Origin: Hormiphora californensis
Lineage: Eukaryota > Animalia > Ctenophora
Reading direction: 5' to 3'
NCBI GenBank assembly: GCA_020137815.1
Contig: CM035353.1
Coordinates: forward strand, 1,922,001-1,986,000
DNA length: 64,000 bases
Positions 27,201 through 40,726 of the stretch are shown piece after piece; the stretch's first letter is position 1; each line of letters begins with the position of its first letter. The notes beneath the pieces were generated by a model. That model saw nothing but the letters and a program-made list of their open reading frames with translations. It was not told the DNA's origin and did no database searches. The position numbers were made by a program, and so were the translations under genes.

Positions 27201-30200
27201 CCTGGAACCTATACCTCTTCCGGTTCTCTTCATCATAGTTAACACTCCCTATCTGCATACCATCATACCTCTTGTAGCACACTAGGGCACGTGCAATATA
27301 CACATGTGAACAAACACCCGGGACACAGTGTGCAAAACACGGCGTGGGATATATATATACATTTCATATCCCACGAACACTTCAGTATTAATAAACTACA
27401 GGGTAAATTCGGTACCCCGCGGAGGACCGATATAAGCCGGTTAGTTTTACTCTAGTGGGACTCGTGTAAAACAACCAGGAACCGACCGAAACAAGTAAAC
27501 AACCAATCAGAACTCGTTAGTTAGGTCACGTGACTGGTTATCAGCCAATCAGGGACTAGTATTTCCTGATTCGGTCGGTTCCTGAAAACAACGAACAATT
27601 ACCTCCACTCCCAACGTAGAAGACTCTCTGATGTCCAGTTCCCGGATAGTCAAACGTCAGGGGAGTATCGGAGTTCTGTACTGTTAGAGTCGAGGCAGCG
27701 AGGGTGAGTCGGAGGTTTTTGGTTGTACCACTCTGAAACATAATGTGGTTTAATTGTATTGTATTGTAGGCCAAAGTATATCAGCAGTGACCATTAACGG
27801 TAGTATGAAAGATTAGGTCGTGCGCGCCAAATGGCGCCATATGGCGCCAAATGGCGCCATCAAATTCGCCAAATGGCGCCACGTGGCGAATAAATGGCGC
27901 CATTTGGCGCCAAAATGTGGCGAGTGCGCACTATCGCCAAATGGCGCCATTTCTGGCGCCAAATGGCGCCATTTGGCGATCGCCATTCGCCAAATATTGG
28001 CGACTCTTGGCGGTATCGCCACGTGGCGATGGTACAAAGTCTGAAAAAAAACATGCGCAAAATTGTTATCGCCAAATGGCGCCATTTGGCGCCATTAAGT
28101 GATCAGGAGATCAAGTCGCCAAATGGCGCCGTTTGGCGACATCCGGCGCCGTTCGTCGCCAAATGGCGCCGTTTGGCGCCAATCTTCACAAAATGGCGCC
28201 ATTTGGCGAATTTTTCGCCATATGGCGCCATTTGGCGCCACTTGGCGATACTCATCGCCAAACATCGCCATTTGTCGCCATTTGTCGATGTATCAATAAT
28301 ATTTTCATTGGTTTTCAAAAGAGTACACTCGCCGTTCTGCGCCACGTGGCGCCACGTGGCGCCAACTGGCGATTAATTCGCCAAATGGCGCCGTTTGTCG
28401 CCATTTGGCGACATATGGCGCCAAGAATCGCCATATGGCGCCATTTAGCGCCAAACGTCGCCATTCGGCGCCAAATGTCGCCATATGGCGCCAAATTTTT
28501 GTCAAATGTTTGTCGCCATTTGGCGCCAAACGTCGCCATATGGCGCCATTTGTCGCCGAACGTCACCATTTGGCGCCAAATGTCGCCATATAGCGCCAAA
28601 TGGCGACATATGGCGCAAACTGTTTGTCAAATGTTAGTTGCCATTTTGCGCCAAATGTCGCCATATGGCGCCAAACGTCGCCATTTGGCGCCAAATGTCG
28701 CCATATGGCGCCACATTTTTGTCAAATATTTGTCGCCATTTGGCGCCAAACATCGCCATTTGTCGCCACTTGGCGCCGAACGTCGCCATTTGTCGCCACT
28801 TGGCGCCGAACGTCGCCATTTGGCGCCATATGGCGCCAAATGGCGACAAATGGCGCAAACTTTTTTTCAAATGTTAGTCGCCATTTTGCGCCAAATGTCG
28901 CCATATGGCGCCAAACGTCGCCATTTGGCGCCAAATGTCGCCATATGGCGCCACAAATATTTGTCGCCATTTGGCGCCAAACATCGCCATTTGTCGCCAC
29001 TTGGCGCCGAACGTCGCCATTTGGCGCCATATAGCGCCAAATGGCGACATATGGCGCAAACTGTTTGTCAAATGTTAGTTGCAATTTAGCGCCAAATGTC
29101 GCCATATGGCGCCAAACGTCGCCATTTGGCGCCAAATGTCGCCATATGGCGCCACATTTTCGTGAAATATTTGTCGCCATTTGGCGCCAAACATCGCCAT
29201 TTGTCGCCACTTGGCGCCGAACGTCGCCATTTGGCGCCATATAGCGCCAAATGGCGACATATGGCGCCAAATGGCGACAAATGGCGCAAACTATTTGTCA
29301 AATGTTAGTCGCCATTTTGCGCCAAATGTCGCCATATGGCGCCAAACATCGCCATTTGTCGCCACTTGGCGCCGAACGTCGCCATTTGGCGCCATATAGC
29401 GCCAAATAGCGACATATGGCGCCAAATGGCGACAAATGGCGCAAACTGTTTGTCAAATGTTAGTCGCCATTTTGCGCCAAATGTCGCCATATGGCGCCAA
29501 ACGTCGCCATTTGGCGCCAAAAGTCGTCATATGGCGCCATGTGGTGACGTTTGGCGCCAAATGGTGAACTAACTTTGACCGCCATTTGGCGCCATATGGC
29601 GACATTTAGCGCCATATGGCGACATTTGGCGCCATGTGGTGACGTTTGGCGCCAAATGGCGAGCTAACTTTGACCGCCATTTGGCGCCATATGGCGACAT
29701 TTGGCGCCATATGGCGACAATTGGCGCCATATGGTGACGTTTGGCGCCAAATGGCGAACTAACTTTGACCGCCATATGGCGACATTTGGCGACATTTGGC
29801 GCCATATGGCGACAATTGGCGCCATATGGTGACGTTTGGCGCCAAATGGCGAACTAACTTTGACCGCCATTTGGCGCCATATGGCGACATTTGGCGCCAT
29901 ATGGCGACAATTAGCGGCATATGGTGACGTTTGGCGCCAAATGGCGAACTAACTTTGACCGCCATTTGGCGCCATATGGCGACATTTGGCGCCATGTGGT
30001 GACGTTTGGCGCCAAATGGCGAGCTAACTTTGACCGCCATTTGGCGCCATATGGCGACATTTGGCGCCATATGGCGACAATTGGCGCCATATGGTGACGT
30101 TTGGCGCCAAATGGCGAACTAACTTTGACCGCCATATGGCGACATTTGGCGCCATATGGCGACAATTGGCGCCATATGGTGACGTTTGGCGCCAAATGGC

Positions 30201-33200
30201 GAACTAACTTTGACCGCCATTTGGCGCCATATGGCGACATTTGGCGACTTTTGGCGCCATGTGGCGACGTTCGGCGCCAAATGGCGAACTAACTTTACCA
30301 TATGGCGATATTTGGCGCCATATGGCGATATTTGGCGCCATATGGCGATATTTGGCGCCATATGGCGATATTTGGCGCCATATGGCGACATTTGTCGCCA
30401 AATTCAATATTGTTAAAAAATGCTTAGTGGCGCCATACGGCGCCAAATGGCGACGTTTGGCGCCAGGTGGCGACGTTTGACGCCAAATGGCGCTGTATTG
30501 CGACGTTTGGCGCAATTAGCAACATTTGGCGCCATATGGCGCCAGTTGGCGATTTTTCCGCCAAATGGCGATAGTCAAATGTTAGTTGCAATTTAGCGCC
30601 AAATGTCGCCATATGGCGCCAAACGTCGCCATTTGGCGCCAAATGTCGCCATATGGCGCCACATTTTCGTGAAATATTTGTCGCCATTTGGCGCCAAACA
30701 TCGCCATTTGTCGCCACTTGGCGCCGAACGTCGCCATTTGGCGCCATATAGCGCCAAATGGCGACATATGGCGCCAAATGGCGACAAATGGCGCAAACTA
30801 TTTGTCAAATGTTAGTCGCCATTTTGCGCCAAATGTCGCCATATGGCGCCAAACATCGCCATTTGTCGCCACTTGGCGCCGAACGTCGCCATTTGGCGCC
30901 ATATAGCGCCAAATAGCGACATATGGCGCCAAATGGCGACAAATGGCGCAAACTGTTTGTCAAATGTTAGTCGCCATTTTGCGCCAAATGTCGCCATATG
31001 GCGCCAAACGTCGCCATTTGGCGCCAAAAGTCGTCATATGGCGCCATGTGGTGACGTTTGGCGCCAAATGGTGAACTAACTTTGACCGCCATTTGGCGCC
31101 ATATGGCGACATTTAGCGCCATATGGCGACATTTGGCGCCATGTGGTGACGTTTGGCGCCAAATGGCGAGCTAACTTTGACCGCCATTTGGCGCCATATG
31201 GCGACATTTGGCGCCATATGGCGACATTTGGCGCCATATGGCGACAATTGGCGCCATATGGTGACGTTTGGCGCCAAATGGCGAACTAACTTTGACCGCC
31301 ATATGGCGACATTTGGCGACATTTGGCGCCATATGGCGACAATTGGCGCCATATGGTGACGTTTGGCGCCAAATGGCGAACTAACTTTGACCGCCATTTG
31401 GCGCCATATGGCGACATTTGGCGCCATATGGCGACAATTAGCGGCATATGGTGACGTTTGGCGCCAAATGGCGAACTAACTTTGACCGCCATTTGGCGCC
31501 ATATGGCGACATTTGGCGCCATGTGGTGACGTTTGGCGCCAAATGGCGAGCTAACTTTGACCGCCATTTGGCGCCATATGGCGACATTTGGCGCCATATG
31601 GCGACAATTGGCGCCATATGGTGACGTTTGGCGCCAAATGGCGAACTAACTTTGACCGCCATATGGCGACATTTGGCGCCATATGGCGACAATTGGCGCC
31701 ATATGGTGACGTTTGGCGCCAAATGGCGAACTAACTTTGACCGCCATTTGGCGCCATATGGCGACATTTGGCGACTTTTGGCGCCATGTGGCGACGTTCG
31801 GCGCCAAATGGCGAACTAACTTTACCATATGGCGATATTTGGCGCCATATGGCGATATTTGGCGCCATATGGCGATATTTGGCGCCATATGGCGATATTT
31901 GGCGCCATATGGCGACATTTGTCGCCAAATTCAATATTGTTAAAAAATGCTTAGTGGCGCCATACGGCGCCAAATGGCGACGTTTGGCGCCAGGTGGCGA
32001 CGTTTGACGCCAAATGGCGCTGTATTGCGACGTTTGGCGCAATTAGCAACATTTGGCGCCATATGGCGCCAGTTGGCGATTTTTCCGCCAAATGGCGCCA
32101 CGCGGCGCCGAGTGGCGAGCGTCATATTTTGGAGAGCATTGAAAATTTGCTATTCTTATCGCCAAATGGCGCCATTTGGCGATAAATATGTTGCGCATGT
32201 TTTTTTCAGACTTTGTACCATCGCCACGTGGCGATACCGCCAAGAGTCGCCAATATTTGGCGAATGGCGATCGCCACTGGCGCCACGTGGCGCCGCGTGG
32301 CGCCACGTGGCGCCAGATTTGGCGCCATTTGGCGCCAGAAATGGCGCCATTTGGCGATAGTGCGCACTCGCCACATTTTGGCGCCAAATGGCGCCATTTA
32401 TTCGCCACGTGGCGCCATTTGGCGAATTTGATGGCGCCATTTGGCGCCATATGGCGCCATTTGGCGCGCACGACCTAATCTTTCATACTACCCCATTAAC
32501 TGCCACAACACATGTACATGCCCTATGGGCCTCAAAGGGTTATAACACCCCCCCCCCCCCCCAGGGGTGGCCCCAGTCCGGATTTTTTGGGGGGGTGGTG
32601 TGGCCGAAGGCCACACTTCAACTCCAAACCTAGCGACCGAGGTGCCGCGAAGCGGCGCCGAGGGAGCTGCGGCAGGGGGTTTGGGGGGCGCAGCCCCCCA
32701 ACGGGGTCCAGGGGCAGAGCCCTTGGTGGGGGCTAGGGGGCGAAGCCCCCGGAAAATTTTAGTTTTTGATGAATTATAAGCAATTTAGAACAACTTTTTT
32801 AAACAATTTTCAGCCCTTTTAGAAAACTTTTTCAACGAGTTTCAGACACAAGGGGCGAAGCCCCGGAAATTTTAATGAATTAAAGCAATTTAGAACAATA
32901 TTTTATCGATTTTCAGCCCTTGGTGGGAGCAATTTTCAGCCCTTTTAGAAAACTTTTTAATGATGTTCAGCCCCTGGTGTGGGTAAGGGGCGAAGACCCC
33001 GGAAAATTTTAGTTTTTGATCAATTCTAAGCAATTCAGAACAATATTTTAACGATTTTCAGCCCTTGGTGCGGGTTGGGGGCGAAGCCCCCGGAAAATTT
33101 TAGATTTTGATCAATTTAAAGCAATTTAGAACACATTTTAAATCTATTTTACCACCCCCAACAACCCCTGTTTGAAAAGTTTTGGGGGGGTGGCCAGTGG

Positions 33201-36200
33201 CCACCCCCCCACCACCCCAGGCTGGGGCCACCACTGCCCCCCCCCCCCACACATACCTTGTCGGTTCCAGTTATGACAAATTGGAATGTGGATATAACGG
33301 AGTTTCCCCTGGTAACCAGGTAGACAATGTCTCCAGATACTGTCACTTTACCAGCAGCCTTATCGTGGCAACGCTCTGTAGGGAATGCAGGGCCGTTAGG
33401 GATTACTGGTCAGCCACTAGCTGGGAACATACAGGGGTTAGGGGAGCTGGGGTCAGCCAAGCTGGGAACATACAGAGGTTAGGGGAGGGGGTCAACCAAG
33501 CTGGGATACATGCAGGGGTTAGGGGAGGGGGTCAGCCAAGCTGGGAACATACAGGGGTTAGGGGAGGGGGTCAGCCAAGCTGGGAACATACAGGGGTTAG
33601 GGGAGGGGGTCAGCCAAGCTGGGAACATACAGGGGTTAGGGGAGGGGGTCAGCCAAGCTGGGAACATGCAGGGGTTAGGGGAGGGGGTCAGCCAAGCTGG
33701 GATACATGCAGGGGTTAGGGGAGGGGGTCAGCCAAGCTGGGATACATGCAGGGGTTAGGGGAGTGGGTCAGTCAAGCTGGGAACATACAGGGGTTAGGGG
33801 AGGGGGTCAGCCAAGCTGGGATACATGCAGGGGTTAGGGGAGGGGGTCAGCCAAGCTGGGAACATACAGGGGTTAGGGGAGGGGGTCAGCCAAGCTGGGA
33901 TACATGCAGGGGTTAGGGGAGGGGGTCAGCCAAGCTGGGATACATGCAGGGGTTAGGGGAGGGGGTCAGCCAAGCTGGGAACATACAGGGGTTAGGGGAG
34001 GGGGTCAGCCAAGCTGGGATACATGCAGGGGTTAGGGGAGGGGGTCAGCCAAGCTGGGAACATACAGGGGTTAGGGGAGGGGGTCAGCCAAGCTGGGAAC
34101 ATACAGGGGTTAGGGGAGGGGGTCAGCCAAGCTGGGATACATGCAGGGGTTAGGGGAGGGGGTCAGCCAAGCTGGGATACATGCAGGGGTTAGGGGAGCT
34201 GGGGTCAGCCAAGCTGGGAACATACAGGGGTTAGGGGAGCTGGGGTCAGCCAAGCTGGGATACATACAGGGGTTAGGGGAGGGGGTCAGCCAAGCTGGGA
34301 ACATACAGAGGTTAGGGGAGGGGGTCAGCCAAGCTGGGAACATACAGGGGTTCGGGATTACTGGTCAGCCAAGCTGAGATACATACAGAGGTTAGGGGAG
34401 GGGGTCAGCCAAGCTGGGAACATACAGGGGTTAGGGGAGGGGGTCAGCCAAGCTGGGAACATACAGGGGTTAGGGGAGGGGGTCAGCCAAGCTGGGAACA
34501 TACAGGGGTTAGGGGAGGGGGTCAGCCAAGCTGGGAACATGCAGGGGTTAGGGGAGGGGGTCAGCCAAGCTGGGATACATGCAGGGGTTAGGGGAGGGGG
34601 TCAGCCAAGCTGGGAACATATAGGGGTTAGGGGAGGGGGTCAGCCAAGCTGGGAACATACAGAGGTTAGGGGAGGGGGTCAGCCAAGCTGGGATACATGC
34701 AGGGGTTAGGGGAGGGGGTCAGCCAAGCTGGGAACATACAGAGGTTAGGGGAGGGGGTCAACCAAGCTGGGAACATACAGAGGTTAGGGGAGGGGGTCAG
34801 CCAAGCTGGGAACATACAGGGGTTAGGGGAGCTGGGGTCAGCCAAGCTGGGATACATGCAGGGGTTAGGGGAGGGGGTCAGCCAAGCTGGGATACATGCA
34901 GGGGTTAGGGGAGGGGGTCAGCCAAGCTGGGAACATACAGGGGTTAGGGGAGGGGGTCAGCCAAGCTGGGAACATACAGGGGTTAGGGGAGGGGGTCAGC
35001 CAAGCTGGGATACATGCAGGGGTTAGGGGAGGGGGTCAGCCAAGCTGGGATACATGCAGGGGTTAGGGGAGGGGGTCAGTCAAGCTGGGATACATGCAGG
35101 GGTTAGGGGAGGGGGTCAGCCAAGCTGGGAACATACAGGGGTTAGGGGAGGGGGTCAGCCAAGCTGGGAACATACAGAGGTTAGGGGAGGGGGTCAACCA
35201 AGCTGGGAACATACAGAGGTTAGGGGAGGGGGTCAGCCAAGCTGGGAACATACAGGGGTTCGGGATTACTGGTCAGCCAAGCTGAGATACATACAGAGGT
35301 TAGGGGAGGGGGTCAGCCAAGCTGGGAACATACAGGGGTTAGGGGAGGGGGTCAGCCAAGCTGGGAACATACAGGGGTTAGGGGAGGGGGTCAGCCAAGC
35401 TGGGAACATACAGGGGTTAGGGGAGGGGGTCAGCCAAGCTGGGAACATACAGGGGTTAGGGGAGGGGGTCAGCCAAGCTGGGAACATACAGGGGTTAGGG
35501 GAGGGGGTCAGCCAAGCTGGGAACATACAGGGGTTAGGGGAGGGGGTCAGCCAAGCTGGGAACATACAGGGGTTAGGGGAGGGGGTCAGCCAAGCTGGGA
35601 ACATACAGGGGTTAGGGATTACTGGTCAGCCAAGCTGGGAACATACAGGGGTTAGGGGAGGGGGTCAGCCAAGCTGGGAACATACAGGGGTTAGGGGAGG
35701 GGGTCAGCCAAGCTGGGAACATACAGGGGTTAGGGATTACTGGTCAGCCAAGCTGGGAACATACAGGGGTTAGGGGAGGGGGTCAGCCAAGCTGGGAACA
35801 TAGATAGTTGTTAACTTTAGTTTCACATCTTAATTTGACCGTCTATATTGACTTAACCTTCCCTTTCATTCGCATTGACATATAACACACACTAACTTTA
35901 GGTAATGGCTGAGCAGGGGCTCTAGCGAGAGTAGAGGAGAGCGAGAGCTCAAGCGCGCTACGAGCGACGCACGATAGATCGCGCCATACGCTCTGCTATA
36001 TATAAATCTCTCTCTAGCTCTCTCTCTCTCTCTCTCTCTAGCTCTCTCTCTTCTCCTCTTCTCTTCTCTCTCTCTCTCTCTCTCTCTCCCTCTTCCTATT
36101 ATTTTTTCAGTCTCTCTCCCTCTTCCTTCATTTAACATTATTTTCAGGGCGGTTGCCAGGGGAGATGTCTTTGTCACAGAGGTCAATTATATCCACGAGC

Positions 36201-36297
36201 CTGCCGTAATTATAACGATAGAGACATGCTCTATGATCTCAACCATCCCGTGCCCCATCCACGTCAATGAAGGATAATGGAAACGACAGATCAGAGG

Positions 36298-36331
<34 letters not shown>

Positions 36332-39300
36332 AGAGACACAGAGAGAGAGAGGGGAGAGAGGGGGAGAAATATTGAGAGATAGGAAGGGAGAGAGACAATA
36401 TAGTTTAGATGCCCGATGAAGCGATGTTCTAATACCATTTAGTAGTTTTCCTCCTTGATATATTGATGATCTATAAGCCATCGCGTTATATTATATCGCT
36501 AAGATAGATACTAACTTTGATAAACGACCCCACTTACCAACCCGTTGTTTTAAATTTGTTCGACCACGATATAATAAACATATTTAGGAGGAAGAGGTTG
36601 AATTTTCTAGCTGTGCTTATGAAATGCTGGTTATTCTACTGGTAATTGCAATACTGTCTGGGACGTCAGGTAATGATTACTCTTAGTTGCTGAACTATCA
36701 GTATTGTTAATGATCCCCATTATAATGAATAATTGCTGAACTATCAACTGCATTGACTTTTCCTAGATGGCGCTTCAACAATCCCACCATCAAACTTTGG
36801 ATCTATGGAAACTAAATCATGGAACCTTGTAAGTAAAAGCTCAGGTGGTTAATGTTTGATGCCGCTATCAGTATTTAACTTCTAAACCACTTAATTTAGG
36901 CATCAGACGGAGGAACAATAATCTTCGAAACTGTAACCACTACTGATAAAACAAGCTGCTATGTGATATTCAGAAATACCGTAAGTTATAAAATACAGCG
37001 CTGCCAATAAAACTCAGAGAAAAGACTGTAGGTAACAAACATGACTATTCATTTTGATTTTAGGGAGATGACTTAGATCCGGAATACTTTACCATGTTTG
37101 TAGCATATGTCAAAGATTCAAAAACTTTAACCTTCAACTGGTACGATAACGACGATACTCTTGACTATGGTAAGCATATAACAAAAGAAATCAAACCATT
37201 TTTCTTACTTGATCCATACTCCAGAAATTCATCTAATTTCGATTGATATGCTGAATTCATTTTTTTCAGCGTGTGAGTCATATTCTGGGACTGCCTCTTT
37301 TAAGAACATGAAAATTAATTTCAAAGACGAAAATTTTGAAGTTACGGTTGCCAACTCTGTTTCAGATCTAGATTCAGGTCAGTGGCATGAGAACGGGGTT
37401 TTGTTACAATATTTTCTTAAAATGAATTTATTATACTGTTGCTCGGACAGTGTCAGGCGATTCAACAATTTCTGATCGGTTATGGCTGTTTCCATATATA
37501 TGGTTGTTTATCTGGTTTACTAAACAGTAAATGTAACCATTCTCCTACCATGCAATCATTAACAGGAGATCCGCAACAATTTTCCTACAACGATATTTTC
37601 TCAAAATCAAAGCTGGATGCGGTTGATCAGATTATGCTGGATGGATTTGCAATCTTGGAAAACTGTGAGTGTAACGTTTGAAAATTATACTATCACTTAT
37701 CATTCGTGTATAAAGTTTTGATTTACTGACCATCTGTTTCTTTCCCAGTGTGTGCAACATTGGACCCCCCTGATGGTGTCGTAATCTCAACGACGGAAAC
37801 TACCGAAGGAACTACAGTTACGGTGAGCAAAATACCTCCTAATTTCACATTTCCTACTTTCGTCTATAAATTTGTATCATTAATTGCAGTCATTCGGACA
37901 GAAAGGTTGCTTTTAAAAAGTACCCAACTATACATTGACCCAAACTTCCTCCCTTACAGATCACATGTAATGACGCTGACAGTGTACCCTTAATTTCAAC
38001 TTTCACGTGTAGCGGCGGCTCCTGGACACCAACCCCAACCCTCGCATGCATAAGTATACATTTTAATTATATCACTAGACAATTACCCCGTTACCACATT
38101 GTATTGCACGAGGGGGGTTTTCTGGTGGCTAGGGGCATGGTGGTGCTAGAGCATGCATGTCCTTCTAGCTATTATCTTTCTAACGTCCCTGTCTGGCTTT
38201 ATATATTATCTTACTATATCTGTCTTCATATCTAATCTATCTAGATTTTGTTTGCCTAGCTTGTAAGATCTCTGTGAACCGGCGCGGTTAAAAATCGTCT
38301 TCTATGCTGTACCTCTCTTTGTAAATATTACCCGTCTCCAAAGGTCCCTCCTTATCTTAGATATCAGTCAAAACAAACGGAACCTAGACCGTAACTAGAC
38401 AGTAAACCCAGACAAACACTAACAGAACTTGGAAACTGAAGAATATGATGGCCGTTTTGTATTTTGGAAGTTCCAGCATTACTTCTGGTCTACTTCTCAA
38501 GCCCAAAATCAGCAGTTATAGACTTCTTGGCAGCTCAGATAGACCGGGTTTTTGATCACATTGGTAAGCTTCTTTATCTTTACTTGTTCAGCCAATCACA
38601 ATGAGATGTGAAATGACGCAATTGTTGTGATGCCTTATTTTCAGCAGTTCCCCCAGACCCCCTGGCAACCCCGGACAAACATGACGTGACAGCTGCTAGG
38701 TGATGGTCAGGTGATGGCGTGACAGGTGATCACATACCGGGTTGTTGTTCCATATCGGAGAGGACTGCTAAATCTCGGAATCCCCCTGATGTCGTGGCCA
38801 GCGTGTGAACATTCTCACCCAAACTATCCGTCTAAGAGGGAAGTTAAATCGTTTTTTATTTGGACTTCCTCAATACATTCCCATCCCACTAACCCGTGTA
38901 TGAGTCACCAACAAGTAGTATTACAGTCGGACCCCGATTTATCGGGGGAAGGGGTTTCGCCTGGTAAATCGGGGTGCCTGGTATACCAGGGTAAAATACT
39001 GTTAACTTCCTATATCGGGGGAAGATTATCCTCCCGGTAAATCGGGGTTCCGGTAAATCGGGGTCGGACTGTATATAAGCTTGAATACTCTTCTATCCCC
39101 CCAGGTGAACTTACTGCGTATATTTTGTCATAATTCCAATCGGTCCAGTAGAGTAGTCCAGAGAAGTACGTTAAACCGAATGGATGCGCTTGCGACTGAG
39201 GGGATATTAAATTGACTTTAGTATTGAGTGGTAAAATTATTTTAAGAACAATGCTTTTAATAGCTGGAGGAAGGTTGATCTATCAAACCCTCACACACTC

Positions 39301-40648
39301 TTTTTTATGAAATTTAATGCAGTGTGAGCTACATACTCGCTAGGTGCTTGATGACTCAGTTAGATGGACCGAAAGAAAATTTGTTGTGTGTTATATGATG
39401 AAAGTTGGGATATGCTTCAGAATATTCTTTAGTTTTTATTTACCCATACAACATTGTTTTCTGAATACTCCAGCTATAGAGATGTTTTTGATAATAAAAA
39501 ACAGGAAAAATAAGCATGTGCAACTGCACATGTAACTGCACGTGCAAATTCTGTTTCCAACTGCACGTGCAAAACTCTTGCACGTGCAATTATAACAAAA
39601 GCACCTACCCCAAGATCATGGAGTGTTTGTCGTTCTGTTCCGTCCATATTGACACACTCCAATTTCTCCTCGAGAGCGTCAACCCAGAATACTTTATCAT
39701 CGTCCTTACTAAAAACTGTAATAACAAGTGGGTTATCTTATCTGGGAAACTGTAACAGTAACAAGTGGGTTATCTTATAGGGAAACTGTAACAGTAACAA
39801 GTGGGTTATCTCATAGGGAAATTGTAACAGGAACAACAAGTGGGTTATCTTATCTGGGAAACAGTAACAGAAACAAGTGGGTTATCTTATCTGGGAAACT
39901 GTAACAGTAACAAGTGGGTTATCTTATAGGGAAACTGTAACAGTAACAAGTGGGTTATCTTATAGGGAAACTGTAACAGTAACAAGTGGGTTATCTTATA
40001 GGGAAACTGTAACAGTAACAAGTGGGTTATCTTATAGGGAAACTGTAACAGTAACAAGTGGGTTATCTTATAGGGAAACTGTAACAGTAACAATTGGGTT
40101 ATCTTATAGGGAAACTGTAACAGTAACAATTGGGTTATCTTATAGGGAAACTGTAACAGTAACAAGTGGGTTATCTTATAGGGAAACTGTAACAGTAACA
40201 AGTGGGTTATCTTATAGGGAAACTGTAACAGTAACAAGTGGGTTATCTTATCTGGGAAACTGTAACAGTAACAACAAGTGGGTTATCTTATAGGGAAACT
40301 GTAACAGTAACAACAAGTGGGTTATCTTATAGGGAAACTGTAACAGTAAAAAGTGGATTAAAACGGTGTATGATAATTGATAATCAGGCAGTGATTTCCA
40401 ACCTACCAACTCCATTAGGCCATCCCAGACCAGTTGATACGAGTGCAATTTGATCAGTGCCATCCATTGATGCCCTCCCTATAACCGGGTCAACTCCCCA
40501 GTCACTCCAAAAGATATATCCGTGTTTGGGGGCTAGGGTGATACCACGGGGTCGGTCGAGGGGCCCAATATCCAGAACCAGCCTCTTCTTACCATCATAA
40601 CTCACAACATTTATCTTATCTAGAGAGATAAACATATCAGTTAGCAAG

Positions 40649-40726
<78 letters not shown>

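Noticed and set aside
27813-32478. Dozens of overlapping ORFs (MAPFGAKWRH...)
   Set aside because: They are translations of a palindromic satellite that is open in many frames on both strands, inside a TIR element.
33387-35802. Possible CRISPR array or telomere
   Set aside because: There are no unique spacers and the context is eukaryotic. TTAGGG occurs once per 39-bp unit, not as a telomeric tract.
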